64,000 nt of DNA from an uncultured Bacilli bacterium (GTDB taxonomy: Bacteria; Bacillota_I; Bacilli_A; RF39; UBA660), in contig CATKZK010000003.1 of the NCBI GenBank assembly GCA_949841325.1, positions 4,643-68,642 on the forward strand. The letters run 5' to 3'. The notes under the pieces are model-generated. The model had not been told where the DNA came from. It did not search any database and was given only the letters and a program-made list of their open reading frames with translations. Shown here piece by piece: positions 10,240 through 20,683 of the stretch; within the stretch, counting starts at the first letter, position 1, and each line of letters starts with the position of its first letter. A program made the position numbers and the translations under genes.

Positions 10240-10749
10240 ATGTTAAAAGAAAACATTAAATCAATAAGAAAATCAAAAGGTCTTTCACAAGAAGAACTTG
10301 CTATCAAACTATATGTAGTTAGACAAACTATTTCCAAATGGGAACAAGGATTGTCGGTTCCTGATTCAGAAATGTTAATTAGGATGTCAGAGGTTCTTGA
10401 AACACCTGTAAGTGTTTTGCTTGGTGAAAATATAGAGGAGACTAAAGCTGATGACTTGAAAGTGATTTCTGAAAAATTAGAGATTATAAATTTGCAACTA
10501 TTGAAACAGAAGAATGAAAAAAGAAAAATACTCCATTGGATACTTATTTCATTATGCGCAATTACAATCATTATTTTCGTTTCGCTAATTCTTTTAAATA
10601 GTCCATACTTAAACTGGAATTATAATGATCCTGAAAGAGCTATTTTAGGAGTATCTTTTCATTCGTTTGAATGGTTATTTATTAGGTTAACACCCATTCT
10701 TTTAATTTTATCCATTATTGGGATTATATTGACACGAAAAAAGGATTAA
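10240..10749 (+). CDS. membrane-tethered XRE-family HTH regulator
   Basis: LSQEELAIKLYVVRQTISKWEQG HTH followed by TM helices. ATG 10240 follows AAAGGAG. Confidence 0.7.
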   Translation: MLKENIKSIRKSKGLSQEELAIKLYVVRQTISKWEQGLSVPDSEMLIRMSEVLETPVSVLLGENIEETKADDLKVISEKLEIINLQLLKQKNEKRKILHWILISLCAITIIIFVSLILLNSPYLNWNYNDPERAILGVSFHSFEWLFIRLTPILLILSIIGIILTRKKD

Positions 10750-10875
10750 ATATATTTGTAGTTATCGTTTTATTAGATAGAAATTTTAAATAGTTTCTAT
10801 CTTTTTTTTACTTGTAAGAAAGTGGTATAATAAATTCGTAGATAAATAGTAAGTGAGTGAAATGGAGGAATGAAT

Positions 10876-11427
10876 ATGAAAAAAACAATACTAACTATTT
10901 TAATATGTGGAGTGATGATTTTAGGTTTTACAGGTTGTGCAGAGCAAAAAGAAAATGATTCATCAAATACGAATGTACAGGAAAAGGCAAAAGGCAATTG
11001 TGAAGTAGAAGAATGTATGAAATTGATTGAACCAAAAATGAATGTAGAAGAAGTGAATAACATCATCGGTTTTGAAGGAGAGAAAAAGGAAAGTGCAGAT
11101 ACATATATTTGGCAATTAACGGATAAAACAAAAATCGAAGTTGAATATAAAGATAATGTTGGCAGCATTAAAGCGACAATGGATAAGGATAAAATAAATA
11201 ATAGTGACTTAAAAGCATCCGTTTTCTACGCTATTCAAAGTGATATCAAGAGTGGAACGACATATACTTATGATGAAATGGTTGAAAAATTTGAGGGAAT
11301 AGAAGGCCATTTAGAGACGAAAGCCTCTACTTTTAAAATGTACATATGGGTAAAAGATGGTCAAACTTTTAGAGCAACTTTTTCTGATAGTTTAAAGGGT
11401 AAATGTTCTATTGTTTCTCTTAGATAA
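10876..11427 (+). CDS. lipoprotein, function unknown
   Basis: MKKTILTILICGVMILGFTGC lipobox. GGAGGA lies 6 nt upstream of ATG 10876. Confidence 0.65.
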   Translation: MKKTILTILICGVMILGFTGCAEQKENDSSNTNVQEKAKGNCEVEECMKLIEPKMNVEEVNNIIGFEGEKKESADTYIWQLTDKTKIEVEYKDNVGSIKATMDKDKINNSDLKASVFYAIQSDIKSGTTYTYDEMVEKFEGIEGHLETKASTFKMYIWVKDGQTFRATFSDSLKGKCSIVSLR

Positions 11428-11479
11428 TCGATAAGAATATGGTTACCTATTTATTCAATATTAGAAGTGAGATGAAAGT

Positions 11480-11953
11480 ATGAATATTCACTTTGGTTTT
11501 TCATATGTAGGTTTGATATTTTTACTTATGTTAATTGTTCCTAATCTTATATGGAGTAAAAATAAGCCTCTAGATTATGATAAGTATATTAGAAACGAAA
11601 ATAAGATATTGCGATTATTTGAAAGAATTGGAGAAATTTCCGTTACGTTTATATCATTGGTATTTAGTGATTTCAATATAAATAAAATATCAAATGAGTC
11701 TATGCTGTTGCTTATTTCCTTTATACTAATGATTTTATATGAAATCTATTGGATAAAATATTTCAAAAGCAAGAAAGAAATGAAAGATATGTATAGTAGT
11801 TTATTAGGCATCCCAGTAGCTGGCGCAACTTTACCAGTAGTGTCTTTTCTGTTATTAGGGATATATGGTAAAAATATATTTCTAGTAATAGCAACGCTTA
11901 TATTAGGTATTGGGCACATAGGAATACATTTACATCATAGGAAAGAAGTATAA
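11480..11953 (+). CDS. integral membrane protein, function unknown
   Basis: Four or five predicted TM helices. RBS-like GAAGTGAG upstream. Confidence 0.55.
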   Translation: MNIHFGFSYVGLIFLLMLIVPNLIWSKNKPLDYDKYIRNENKILRLFERIGEISVTFISLVFSDFNINKISNESMLLLISFILMILYEIYWIKYFKSKKEMKDMYSSLLGIPVAGATLPVVSFLLLGIYGKNIFLVIATLILGIGHIGIHLHHRKEV

Positions 11954-12106
11954 GTATACAAATCTCTATGGATAGTAGGATTATTCAATCATGTTGTGAA
12001 TAATTAGTAGAAAAGAAGAATAGAATTTATAGGTCCCATGTAGGGTGAAATTTGACTATTTTGCAAAAATGTGGCATAATAGTCAAGGAAAAAAGGGGGG
12101 AAAGAG

Positions 12107-12814
12107 ATGTTAAAATTTAAAATTGAAGATGTAGATGCTATGGCCGTTGAAGGAAAAGAAGTTCAACCATATTTTCTAGCTGCTTTTAGTCATTTTACAC
12201 AATATGTGAATGAAACTTATTGTCCACATTTTAATTTAAAACTTCGTCAATTACTTGATTTGGTTGTAAATGAGGGAACCTATTACTTTGTATTTAATCC
12301 AAATAGTGTATTAGAAGAACTTTGTCACTTAATGGATGTCCAATACTACGAAGAATTAGATGATCAAAGCAAATATAGTTATTATGTAACAAGATTTGCC
12401 ACTCGACTTCAAGAATTGAGTTGTGTAAGAACGGAGGAAGAACTTCTTTCAAAATTCTTAACACTTTATACGATCTATAGAGAGAAAAAAGAGAGAATTG
12501 AAGAATCTGTAAATGCTTACTATACTTATGCAAGAGTTAAGCCAGCACGTGCAGCAGAAGAGTTAATAAAAAGACGTATTTATAAATCAAATATAAATGA
12601 TTATGAATATCAAGAATTATTAAATGAATCTCTAACTTTTAATTTCTATACATTCATTCAAAAGATGGTTCAAGAATTGTCTTTAGTGGTTGGAAATTTA
12701 CCATTTATTTTGGAAAATCTTAACACATTAGCGATCGATCCAAGTCAAATCAAAGAATTTGATCAAGAAAAAATTGTAGCTTATATTAATAAACAAAAAG
12801 GAAAACGTTTATAA
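12107..12814 (+). CDS. hypothetical protein
   Basis: 235-aa ORF preceded by AAAGGGGGGAAAGAG. No recognisable motif. Confidence 0.55.
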   Translation: MLKFKIEDVDAMAVEGKEVQPYFLAAFSHFTQYVNETYCPHFNLKLRQLLDLVVNEGTYYFVFNPNSVLEELCHLMDVQYYEELDDQSKYSYYVTRFATRLQELSCVRTEEELLSKFLTLYTIYREKKERIEESVNAYYTYARVKPARAAEELIKRRIYKSNINDYEYQELLNESLTFNFYTFIQKMVQELSLVVGNLPFILENLNTLAIDPSQIKEFDQEKIVAYINKQKGKRL

Positions 12815-12831
12815 AATGTTTTCCTTTTTTT
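12797..12831. terminator. bidirectional intrinsic terminator between convergent genes
   Basis: AAAGGAAAAC / GTTTTCCTTT 10-bp stem flanked by an A-run and a T-run. It overlaps both stop codons (12812-12814 and 12830-12832). Confidence 0.65.
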
Positions 12832-14113
12832 ATAAATAATGTAATTGATGTAATTTTTTCATATTTAGGTAAATGACAATAACAATATCAATGATTTCTG
12901 AGATTAATAGGCCATATATTCCAACACTAAATAAGCTAATAATAGTTAAAGAAAGCAATTTCACTATACAACCAATAAATGTTGTTTTCATTGTATAGGC
13001 AGATAGATTAAGACCTTGTAAGGCGCTTATAACAGGGCCCTCCAGGTAAAAGAGAGGAAAGAAGATACAAAGGAGGCGAAGATAATCTACTCCTTTTGTT
13101 GTATTATATAATAGGGAAAGTAAAAATTCACCATTAAAGTAGATAAACAAACAGAAAAGAGCACCAATAAAGAAGGAGACAAAAAGACACTGAATAATTC
13201 TTCTTTTGACGTATTGCTTTTCTTGATAGTGTTTCGATATTTCAGGAATCAATGTTGTATTTAGCGCTAAAGTGAAAAAAGAGGGCATTGTTAAAAGGGG
13301 AATAACATAAGCATTATAAATACCATATTCACTTAAAATAAAAGAATTTGAATAGCCTACGAAAAGCAAAATATTAGTTAGAATAATGGGTTCAAAAAAG
13401 TAACATATATTTCCAATTAGTCTTCCAGAGACACTAGGAATAGAGATCTTAAATACATCACTAGCTATTTTAGGCGATATTTTTAAATCATGTAAGGAAA
13501 TTTTTAAATTTTTAGGAGCAAAAAAGAGATAAATGATAATTTGTACGCATTCACTTACTGCGGAGATTAAGATATAACCAGATACAGCTGTAATGATGGA
13601 TTTTTTCATTAAAAGAGGAATCACTGTTAAAAGTAAAAGAAGACGGGCAATTTGTTCAAAAACATTGCTAATGGAGTTTGGGAACATGTTTTGCTTGCCA
13701 AAATAATAACCCTTTAAAATTCCTGAAATAGTCGTAAATGGTAAAATGAAAGCAATAGATATAATAGGATAATAGGCATCAGGGTTTTTAAGTAAGGTAT
13801 TTGCTAAAAAAGGAGCAAACAAAAAGACAAAAATGATGACGAGTATATTAAAGGCAATCGCAATGGGGACAATAGAGGAAAATATTCGTATTCCTCGGTA
13901 ATTGTTTCTTGCCATAATAGCACTGATAGCATATGGAAGACCAAGTTGAGTAACCGCAATTAACAAAGAATAAGTAGGCATAACTAAAGAAAAGAGATTA
14001 ATTCCTTCGCCAATGATTCTTGTAAAAATAATTTTAATGAGGAATCCAAGTAATTTTGTTACTAATGTTCCAATCATTAAAATAAGTGTTGATTTGATAA
14101 AGACATTTTTCAT
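12830..14113 (-). CDS. MOP-superfamily flippase (SpoVB / polysaccharide biosynthesis protein-like)
   Basis: Polytopic 427-aa protein. The N-terminus KSTLILMIGTLVTKLLGFLIKIIFTRIIGEGINLF is typical of SpoVB/MurJ-like flippases. Confidence 0.6.
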   Translation of the reverse strand: MKNVFIKSTLILMIGTLVTKLLGFLIKIIFTRIIGEGINLFSLVMPTYSLLIAVTQLGLPYAISAIMARNNYRGIRIFSSIVPIAIAFNILVIIFVFLFAPFLANTLLKNPDAYYPIISIAFILPFTTISGILKGYYFGKQNMFPNSISNVFEQIARLLLLLTVIPLLMKKSIITAVSGYILISAVSECVQIIIYLFFAPKNLKISLHDLKISPKIASDVFKISIPSVSGRLIGNICYFFEPIILTNILLFVGYSNSFILSEYGIYNAYVIPLLTMPSFFTLALNTTLIPEISKHYQEKQYVKRRIIQCLFVSFFIGALFCLFIYFNGEFLLSLLYNTTKGVDYLRLLCIFFPLFYLEGPVISALQGLNLSAYTMKTTFIGCIVKLLSLTIISLFSVGIYGLLISEIIDIVIVIYLNMKKLHQLHYL

Positions 14114-14194
14114 GAATTCTCCTTTAATTTAATACATTTTTGTACTATAATAAATATATATGACGAAGCAAAAGAAATATTAAGGGATGATTAT

Positions 14195-14449
14195 ATGGAA
14201 CAAAAATATCAATCAAAGAAAGAACTATTTAATAAGGTATTACCAGCACTTAGAACAAAAAAGCATGAACTCCATCGAGCAGGAATTTCTTTTGTGAAGG
14301 AAACAGACATATGGAATTACCATGTGGAATATAATTGGCGTGGGGCAGTAGGTCTCACAATAGCTTCTATGGTTAACCATATTTTGAATACAGAAAATAA
14401 AGTGTATGAAAAATACGTGGTGGACAAATTAGAGAAGAAAAGAGGATAG
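14195..14449 (+). CDS. ComN/YrzD-like post-transcriptional regulator family protein
   Basis: 84 aa with ..ISFVKETDIWNYH..W pattern. Its position in the rel region parallels B. subtilis yrzD (recalled). Confidence 0.45.
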   Translation: MEQKYQSKKELFNKVLPALRTKKHELHRAGISFVKETDIWNYHVEYNWRGAVGLTIASMVNHILNTENKVYEKYVVDKLEKKRG

Positions 14450-14451
14450 AC

Positions 14452-16605
14452 ATGGAAGAACTTTACAAAGATTTATTAGCTGTTGTGTCCGATAATGGAT
14501 ACAAAACAACTGAAATTGAGCAGATTGAAAAAGCGTATCAATTTGCTTTAAAGCAACATCAAGGAATGAAAAGAAAGAATGGAGAAGAGTATATATCTCA
14601 TCCTTTAAATGTGGCTTTAATTGTAGCAAATTTAAATGCCGACGCAGTGACTGTGATTTCAGCTTTAGTTCATGAGACCATTGATCATGGAAGTTCTTCT
14701 TTTGAAGAAATAGAAGAGCTTTTTGGTGATGAAGTAAGGAAGATTGTAACTTCTCTTACAAAAGTGAATCGTCTTCATCTTCTTGATGACTCTGAATCGT
14801 CAAGTCTTTACTTGAGAAAAGTATTAGTGGCTTTAGCAGAAGATGTTCGCGTGATTATTTTAAAATTAGCTGGAAGAATTCATAATATGCGTACATATGA
14901 AGGTTTACCAGAAAAAAAACAAAAGCAAAAAGCAAAAGAAACATGGAATGTATTAATTCCTATTGCACATCGTCTAGGTATTAATTCGATTGCTTCAGAA
15001 CTTGAAAATATTAGTTTTCGCATTTTAAAACCAGAAATATACGAGGAAATCGAAAATTCGTTGCCTGCACCTCGCAGCGAACTTCAAGAAAATATTGATG
15101 AAATGATTGAAGAGATATCAGAAGCTTTACGAAGCAATAATATTAAATTTGAAATAAGCGGTCGAGTAAAAAGTGTATCAAGCCTTCACAATAAGTTGTC
15201 AACTTGGCGTGGATGGAATGATATTTATGATATTTCAGGAATTCGTGTCATTACAGAAGAGGAAAGCGAGTGCTATTTAGTTATTGGTCTTATTCATTCT
15301 CTTTATAGGCCTATTCCTAAGCGATTTAAAGACTATATTGCCATGCCTAAAGGAAATTCGTATCAATCCTTACATACGGGCATATTTGGTCAAAATGGCC
15401 TAGCTGTAGAAGTTCAGGTAAGAACAAAGGAAATGCACGAAATTGCTGAACATGGTGTAGCCTCTCATTGGTCATATAAGGAAAAAGGATCAAAGAATAT
15501 TCAAAATTTAATGGAACAAAAATTACAAATGTTCCGCAATATTATTGATGCCAATGCGGATGACATTATCGATGATGGTCAATTTATAGACAATGTTTCA
15601 AATGAGCTCTTAACGGAATCTATCTATGTATATACACCAAAAGGAGATGTCGTAGAATTACCAGATGGATCAAGTCCAATCGACTTTGCCTATCGTATTC
15701 ATTCTCATGTTGGAGATACAACGGTTGGAGCTCTTGTCAATGGGCAGATGGTAACATTAGACTATAAACTAAAGGATAATGATATTGTTAAAATTATGAC
15801 TAATAATACGAGTTCTCCTAATAAAGACTGGCTTTCCTTTGTTAAAACGACAGCAGCAAAGACCAAGATTAAGTCTTACTTTTCAAAACAAGACAGAGAA
15901 GAGTATATCATTCGAGGAAAAGACTTATTAGAAAAAGAATTAAGAAGACAAAAAATCAGTTATGAGGAAGCATTAAAAGAAGAACGTCTAGAAAAATTGC
16001 TAAGTGATTTAAAAGTAGGATCACTAGAGGAAATTTATCTTTTAATTGGGTCGATGCGTTATACCCCTATTTATATTGTTAATTTGTTATTTGAAGAGAA
16101 ACGCAACGTGCAAGATTTATTGCTTGATAAAGTCACCTCTTCGGTATCTTTTGTAAAAGGGAACTATAAAAATGATGTAATTGTCGATGGATGTGATGAT
16201 ATTTTAGTTCATCTTGCAAGTTGTTGTAAACCTGTCTATGGAGATGATATCATCGGTTATATTACTCGTGGTCAAGGGGTAACTGTTCATAAAAAGGATT
16301 GTAAAAATCTTTCTGAATTAGAGGAACGTCTTATTTCTGTTTCTTGGAATTCTAATCGTGGAGAGAATACGCGTGAATATATGGCTAAACTCATTATCAT
16401 AACGAACAATATTCATAATAATTTAACGGACATTGTCACAAAAGCAAGTGTTAAAAATGTTGGACTCAATAGCATTAATGAAGTAATGCGAAATGGAATG
16501 GTCACCTATGATGTTTTAGTAAAAGTTAAAAATAAGGACAATTTGGAAAATTTTATCGATGAGGTAAAGATACTTCCATTTGTCACTGATGTAAAGAGGG
16601 TGTAA
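14452..16605 (+). CDS. relA: bifunctional (p)ppGpp synthetase/hydrolase Rel
   Basis: HD domain (YISHPLNVA..HETIDHG), synthetase motifs (YIAMPKGNSYQSLHT), TGS (VYTPKGDVVELPDGSSPIDFAY) and ACT-like C-terminus. Confidence 0.95.
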   Translation: MEELYKDLLAVVSDNGYKTTEIEQIEKAYQFALKQHQGMKRKNGEEYISHPLNVALIVANLNADAVTVISALVHETIDHGSSSFEEIEELFGDEVRKIVTSLTKVNRLHLLDDSESSSLYLRKVLVALAEDVRVIILKLAGRIHNMRTYEGLPEKKQKQKAKETWNVLIPIAHRLGINSIASELENISFRILKPEIYEEIENSLPAPRSELQENIDEMIEEISEALRSNNIKFEISGRVKSVSSLHNKLSTWRGWNDIYDISGIRVITEEESECYLVIGLIHSLYRPIPKRFKDYIAMPKGNSYQSLHTGIFGQNGLAVEVQVRTKEMHEIAEHGVASHWSYKEKGSKNIQNLMEQKLQMFRNIIDANADDIIDDGQFIDNVSNELLTESIYVYTPKGDVVELPDGSSPIDFAYRIHSHVGDTTVGALVNGQMVTLDYKLKDNDIVKIMTNNTSSPNKDWLSFVKTTAAKTKIKSYFSKQDREEYIIRGKDLLEKELRRQKISYEEALKEERLEKLLSDLKVGSLEEIYLLIGSMRYTPIYIVNLLFEEKRNVQDLLLDKVTSSVSFVKGNYKNDVIVDGCDDILVHLASCCKPVYGDDIIGYITRGQGVTVHKKDCKNLSELEERLISVSWNSNRGENTREYMAKLIIITNNIHNNLTDIVTKASVKNVGLNSINEVMRNGMVTYDVLVKVKNKDNLENFIDEVKILPFVTDVKRV

Positions 16606-16606
16606 G

Positions 16607-17050
16607 ATGAAAGCCGTTATTCAACGAAGTAAAAAAGCGAGTGTTACAGTCGATGGAAATCTCATAAATGAAATTTCTTTTGGATTTGTCATTCTTTTAG
16701 GTATTCATGTAGAAGATACAGAGGAAGATATCGATTACTTAGTAAAAAAAATTGTCAATTTGCGGGTATTTGATGATGATTCTGGTGTTATGAATCGCTC
16801 TATTCAAGAAGTAGGAGGCAGTATTTTGTCAATTTCACAATTTACCTTACAGGCAAATACAAAAAAGGGAAACCGCCCAAGTTATATCAATGCCATGCCA
16901 GGTGAAAAGGCCCTTCCCATGTATCAAAAATTTAATGACAAATTAAAAGAATATGTTCCTACATATTCTGGGGTTTTTGGAGCAGAAATGCTCATTTCAT
17001 TAGAAAATGATGGCCCAATTACCATCATTCTAGATTCAAAGGATAAGTAA
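16607..17050 (+). CDS. dtd: D-aminoacyl-tRNA deacylase
   Basis: MKAVIQRSKKASVTVDG..ILSISQFTL..GNRPSY..GPITIILDS. Conserved rel-dtd adjacency. Confidence 0.95.
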   Translation: MKAVIQRSKKASVTVDGNLINEISFGFVILLGIHVEDTEEDIDYLVKKIVNLRVFDDDSGVMNRSIQEVGGSILSISQFTLQANTKKGNRPSYINAMPGEKALPMYQKFNDKLKEYVPTYSGVFGAEMLISLENDGPITIILDSKDK

Positions 17051-17395
17051 TTATCCTTTTTTAGTGATCCCAATCATGCTACCAAGGGTAGAGGAAATGA
17101 CTAAGATGAGATAATAAATAATTGTAAACCATGTCATTTGTGCTTTCATAAATAGACTAAAAAGAAACATGATTGCAACAAGCATTAAGCCAAAAGCTAA
17201 CCCTTTTAAATAAGCCTTTTGACTGCTTACCTTTCCTACAAAAATTCCTGTAATAAAGGTCATAATAATTGTAGTAGCGAGGTATAAAAAAGGAGCTACT
17301 TCAACATGTAATAAATTAAAAAGAGAGAAAACCAACGGAAGTAAAAGAACAGATACTACGGGAATTAACAAGACTTCAACATATTTTTTCATCAT
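17051..17395 (-). CDS. small integral membrane protein (YrzE-like)
   Basis: Four TM helices in 114 aa. Confidence 0.5.
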   Translation of the reverse strand: MMKKYVEVLLIPVVSVLLLPLVFSLFNLLHVEVAPFLYLATTIIMTFITGIFVGKVSSQKAYLKGLAFGLMLVAIMFLFSLFMKAQMTWFTIIYYLILVISSTLGSMIGITKKG

Positions 17396-17446
17396 TTTTC
17401 ACCTAATACACTATATGAAGGAATAAAAAAAAGAATGACAAGAATG

Positions 17447-17800
17447 TCAGTCTTTTTTTGTCGCATCATTAGCCGCTTGAAGATAGGCGCGAGTTAATCC
17501 TCCTGCACCAAGTTTTACTCCACCAAAGTAACGGATAACGACAATTAAAATATGATCTAATTTCTTCTTTTCGATAATATTATAAATCGGACTTCCTGCA
17601 GTATTTCCAGGTTCTTTGTCATCGCTTTTCTTAGCAAGAGGACCAATCTTATAGGCAAAGGGTATATGTCGTGCTTTTTTATGTTCTCTTTTTAAATCTT
17701 TTAGAATAGCTTCCACTTCCTGAACGCTATCTACTTGATAAGCAATGCCAATAAATTTCGATTTTTTTATCTCAAAGGTACTTCTTTTTATTTCTTGCAT
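17447..17800 (-). CDS. IMPACT/YigZ (UPF0029) N-terminal-domain protein
   Basis: SKFIGIAY..ARHIPFAYKIG..DDKEPGNTAGSPI..VVIRYFGGVKLGAGGLTRAY. Only the N-terminal domain is present (117 aa). Confidence 0.75.
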   Translation of the reverse strand: MQEIKRSTFEIKKSKFIGIAYQVDSVQEVEAILKDLKREHKKARHIPFAYKIGPLAKKSDDKEPGNTAGSPIYNIIEKKKLDHILIVVIRYFGGVKLGAGGLTRAYLQAANDATKKD

Positions 17801-18690
17801 TTCATAGCCTCTAAGGCAAGCTCTTTTTCTGTATTTCCAAGGAAATAATCAAAGTTTGTCATATCATCCCACAAATAGGTAATCCAATGCTCATCAAAAT
17901 AATCAGTAATTCTTTTTTTATTGTCTTTCATCATTTCTTCAAAAGAACGGAATCCTTTTTCAAAATCTTGAATGGTATTAAAAAGTAAGTCAAAGGCAAT
18001 CATGATTGAATGGAAATCTATGATATTGTCATAATAAGAAGTAAAAAGTATGGACTCTTTTGATGTTAAACCGTATTGCGCTAATTCTTTTTCTAATCGT
18101 TCGTTATGACCTTTAAATAAAAGCTCTTGAAAATGAATCTTTGACATATTCTTATAGGCTACTAATTCTAATCCACTTAAAATTTGATAAAATTCTTTTG
18201 GTGTTGTGTACAAGTAGACAAAAAGCATTCTAAGGTAATAGGGAATGACATTTTGAAAGAAAGCAAAGTGAACAGAGATATCCATTTCCCTTGTCATTTG
18301 TTGTCCAATTTCATGAATAAAAGCTGTATAATCCGCAAAATCTTGTTTTAAAGAAAGAGAAATACCTTGTTTATCGAACTTGTCATCATTTCTATTACTT
18401 TCTGCCGTTTTTTCCGTCTCAATATTCAATGACTTATCCTTTAATATGTCTTCATAGATTCGTTGGTAAATAGGATTAGGTAATTTACCTAAGAATTCAT
18501 GCACGATTTCTTTTAATGATTCCTCTGTAACTTGCATGGGAATTGATACATGTGTGTATGTTTTCTGCGCGTATTTTTTCCACTTTTTATTAGGTAATTG
18601 AGTCCATTCCTTTCCTAAGAAAAAAAATGGTATTTTATCCAATAATATTTCCTTTTTTATAGTAAAATTTGATTTTTCCTCTTTTTTCAT
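17788..18690 (-). CDS. hypothetical protein
   Basis: About 300-aa ORF. ATG 18690 follows GGAGGGG. FIHEIGQQ resembles a degenerate HExxH. No firm assignment. Confidence 0.5.
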   Translation of the reverse strand: MKKEEKSNFTIKKEILLDKIPFFFLGKEWTQLPNKKWKKYAQKTYTHVSIPMQVTEESLKEIVHEFLGKLPNPIYQRIYEDILKDKSLNIETEKTAESNRNDDKFDKQGISLSLKQDFADYTAFIHEIGQQMTREMDISVHFAFFQNVIPYYLRMLFVYLYTTPKEFYQILSGLELVAYKNMSKIHFQELLFKGHNERLEKELAQYGLTSKESILFTSYYDNIIDFHSIMIAFDLLFNTIQDFEKGFRSFEEMMKDNKKRITDYFDEHWITYLWDDMTNFDYFLGNTEKELALEAMKCKK

Positions 18691-18803
18691 ATGATACCCC
18701 TCCAAATTCGAGTTTTATCATACCATAAAATGATTAATTTTTCAAATTTGGATAGTCTTTGTTTTCGTCTTATTTTCGTGTATAATAAGGGTGGTGAAAA
18801 GGA

Positions 18804-20579
18804 ATGTTTAAAGAAAAGTTAGAATTAGTTCCTCATCTTCCAGGAAGTTATCAGATGAAGGATAAAGATGGAGTTATTATCTATGTAGGTAAAGCAAAGG
18901 ATTTAAAAAATCGTTTGACTTCTTATTTTACAGGAAGAGTAACGGGAAAAACAAAAAAACTCGTATCAGAAATTGCAGATTTTGAATATATTGTCACTTC
19001 CTCTGAATTAGAATCTTTTATCTTAGAAATTAACTTAATTAAGCAGTATGATCCTAAATATAATATTTTACTTCGGGATGATAAAAGTTATCCCTATATC
19101 CAATATAAAAGAGAACCTTATCCTACTTTAAAAGTTGTGCGTTACTTGCATGTGAAAAGAAGTGATGGGAAACATCTTTTTGGCCCTTTTGTAAATGCCT
19201 ATGCTGCACGTCGTATTGTGAATTTACTGAATCGATTATATCCTTTAAAAAAATGTGAAGGAAAGCCTAAAGAAGTCTGTCTTTATTACCATATTCATGA
19301 ATGTTTAGGGTATTGTGTAAAGACAGTAGAAAAAGAGAAGATAGACAAAATGGAAGCGGAAATTCTTGCATTTCTTAATGGCAATGATGAGAGTCTTATT
19401 AAAAAATTAATGGAGATGATCGAGCTTCAAGCCGAAGAATTAAACTATGAAGTTGCCAAGGAATTGAAAGAGGAACTTGACTATATAAAAGTTGTGATGG
19501 AAAAACAAAAAGTGGAGCTACATGACTTTGTAAATCGCGATATTATCAATTACTACTTTGAAAATGGCTTTATTTCGATTGAAATTTTCTTTATACGCAG
19601 AGGAAAGTTATTAGGACAAAAGAATAAAATTCTTCCAGTAACTGAAAATTACATCGATGATATTGAATCTTTTTTAGCTTTATTTTATACAAAAAATGAA
19701 ATTCCTCGAGAAATTATTACGGTTCCTGAACTAAATTTAGAGATGCTTAGTGAAGCTATCGGTAGTAAGTTTATGACAGTTACTAGAGGAAACAAGAAAA
19801 AACTTTTGGATTTAGCTAGAACCAATGCCAAGATTAGTTTAGAGAATAATTTTGAGAGTATTCAAAGAGAAATTGAGAGAACCAGTGGAGCACATGAAGA
19901 GTTAGAAAAACTCTTAGGCATGAAAATAAGGCGAATTGACTCTTTCGATAACTCTAATCTCTTTGGAAATTTTGCTGTCTCAGGAATGGTGGTTTATAAA
20001 AATGGTGTTCCTTCTAAAAATGACTATCGCAAATATAAAGTGAGTGTTGATCAAAATGATGACTACCATACGATGAAAGAAGTCACGTACAGACGATATT
20101 ATCGAGCCCTAATAGAAAAAGGAGAATTACCTGATCTCATCTTAGCAGATGGAGGAATTACCCAAATTCATGCTATTAAAGAAACTCTACTGGAACTTGG
20201 ACTTGATGAAAAGATAAAAGTCTGCGGGATGGTAAAAAATGATAAACATAGAACAAATGAGTTGATAGATGGCGATACCCTAAAGACAATTCCCATCGAT
20301 CGCATGAGCAATTTGTTTCATTATTTGACAAGAATACAAGATGAAGTGCATCGTTTTACTATCGAATACCATAGAACTTTAAGATCAAAAGGATCGATTG
20401 CCAGTATACTTGATCATATCGAAGGAATTGGAAATGTTCGTAAAAAAGAACTGATCAAGAGATTTGGCAGTGTGAAAAAAATGGGGGAAGCAAGCATTGA
20501 ACAGCTTGCAGAGATTGTTCCTATGAAAGTTGCAGAAGAATTGCATCAGTATTTACAAGATTTTCTAAAGAAAGAGTAA
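18804..20579 (+). CDS. uvrC: excinuclease ABC subunit C
   Basis: GIY-YIG (PGSYQMKDKDGVIIYVGKAKDLKNRL), UVR domain, endonuclease V-like domain and C-terminal (HhH)2. Confidence 0.95.
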   Translation: MFKEKLELVPHLPGSYQMKDKDGVIIYVGKAKDLKNRLTSYFTGRVTGKTKKLVSEIADFEYIVTSSELESFILEINLIKQYDPKYNILLRDDKSYPYIQYKREPYPTLKVVRYLHVKRSDGKHLFGPFVNAYAARRIVNLLNRLYPLKKCEGKPKEVCLYYHIHECLGYCVKTVEKEKIDKMEAEILAFLNGNDESLIKKLMEMIELQAEELNYEVAKELKEELDYIKVVMEKQKVELHDFVNRDIINYYFENGFISIEIFFIRRGKLLGQKNKILPVTENYIDDIESFLALFYTKNEIPREIITVPELNLEMLSEAIGSKFMTVTRGNKKKLLDLARTNAKISLENNFESIQREIERTSGAHEELEKLLGMKIRRIDSFDNSNLFGNFAVSGMVVYKNGVPSKNDYRKYKVSVDQNDDYHTMKEVTYRRYYRALIEKGELPDLILADGGITQIHAIKETLLELGLDEKIKVCGMVKNDKHRTNELIDGDTLKTIPIDRMSNLFHYLTRIQDEVHRFTIEYHRTLRSKGSIASILDHIEGIGNVRKKELIKRFGSVKKMGEASIEQLAEIVPMKVAEELHQYLQDFLKKE

Positions 20580-20683
20580 TCTTTTATTGAAAATAGATAT
20601 GTAAATAAATTGGCAAAAGAAGATTTACTTATTGTAGGTAAGTTTCTTTTCTTTTATAATGGAAAATAATGGGAGGTATCTTT

